This document shows, one piece after another, positions 63,518 through 64,000 of a DNA stretch of 64,000 nt. How positions within the stretch are numbered: the stretch's first letter is position 1; every line of letters begins with the position of its first letter. The stretch is from assembly GCA_051294375.1 (NCBI GenBank), contig CM119266.1, positions 2,037,380 to 2,101,379 on the forward strand, written 5' to 3'. Source of the stretch: Paraspadella gotoi (Eukaryota; Animalia; Chaetognatha). The notes under the pieces are model-generated. The model saw nothing but the letters and a program-made list of their open reading frames with translations. It ran no database searches and was not told the DNA's origin. The translations under genes and the position numbers were made by a program.

Positions 63518-64000
63518 TCGTCTCTCTCGTGCTCTCTCTCTTCATCTCTCTCTCTCTCTCTCTCATCTCTCTCTAGGGCGACAGAACGGATCTGTCATAT
63601 GCAATTCTGTGGTCGGAGTCTCGAGACTTTAAACAGATCCGGCGTCCTAATAGAAATAGAGTCTTTGAAAGGCCGTCTGGGGATGAAAGGTGGAAAAATG
63701 GGGAGGGAGAAATGAGGAAGGAGAACGGAAGAATGGAGAGGAGAATGTGGAAGAACGTTGGGGGATAAACGGTGAGGAGAGACGAGAAGAAATTGGGAAG
63801 GAGAATGGGAAAGAATGGCCTGAAGGGAGAATGGGGAAAACAATAGGGACTTTAGGGAGGATAATGAGTAGCATGGGGGAGAAAAATGAAAATAATGGGC
63901 AGAGTTGGGAAGAATGGGAAGAAAAGTAGGAGAATGGAGAAGGAGTGGGGAGAACTAAGAGAATGAGGAGGAAGAGGAGATATGGGAGAACGAGGAAGTG
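52471..64000. other. Low-quality assembly region: N-gaps and indel-rich duplicate copies of neighbouring sequence
   Basis: 53150-53290 is an inverted noisy copy of 52265-52392; 53340-54170 repeats 51130-51870; 56350-57480 and 63577-64000 repeat 55095-56040; 63050-63470 repeats 54530-54900. Differences are mostly single-base insertions. Confidence 0.85.

Overview
AT-rich, intron-containing eukaryotic DNA from an invertebrate metazoan draft assembly; the species cannot be determined from sequence alone. Spliced + strand genes were reconstructed by hand. (1) The 3' half of a very divergent SLC1 (EAAT/ASCT family) transporter, 128-1936. (2) A sacsin-like gene, 5233-17662, about 3020 aa: two GHKL/HSP90-like sacsin repeats, a J-domain lacking HPD, a C-terminal HEPN domain and an 8.6 kb giant exon. 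(3) A roughly 18-exon TRPM channel, about 19782-29764, with atypical pore and gate residues and no C-terminal enzyme domain. (4) A probable XK-related multipass membrane gene with frameshifts, about 36.9-39.6 kb, followed by an orphan multipass ORF at 41.1-42.4 kb. Introns and intergenic DNA carry nested Helentron/DINE-1-like non-autonomous elements, a TA-flanked MITE, a TTAA-flanked TIR element, SINE-like fragments, a Penelope-type hammerhead motif and many satellites. From about 43 kb the window is non-coding and low-complexity; from about 52 kb it is dominated by N-gaps and indel-rich duplicate copies that look like raw-long-read gap filling. The best leads are complementary G-rich/C-rich intron ends in TRPM, a satellite built from a 5' splice site, a possible GG donor, rewired catalytic or binding residues in SLC1, TRPM and sacsin, and a compact multi-hairpin island in a TRPM intron. 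All alignments were made by eye against remembered family motifs; no searches were run.
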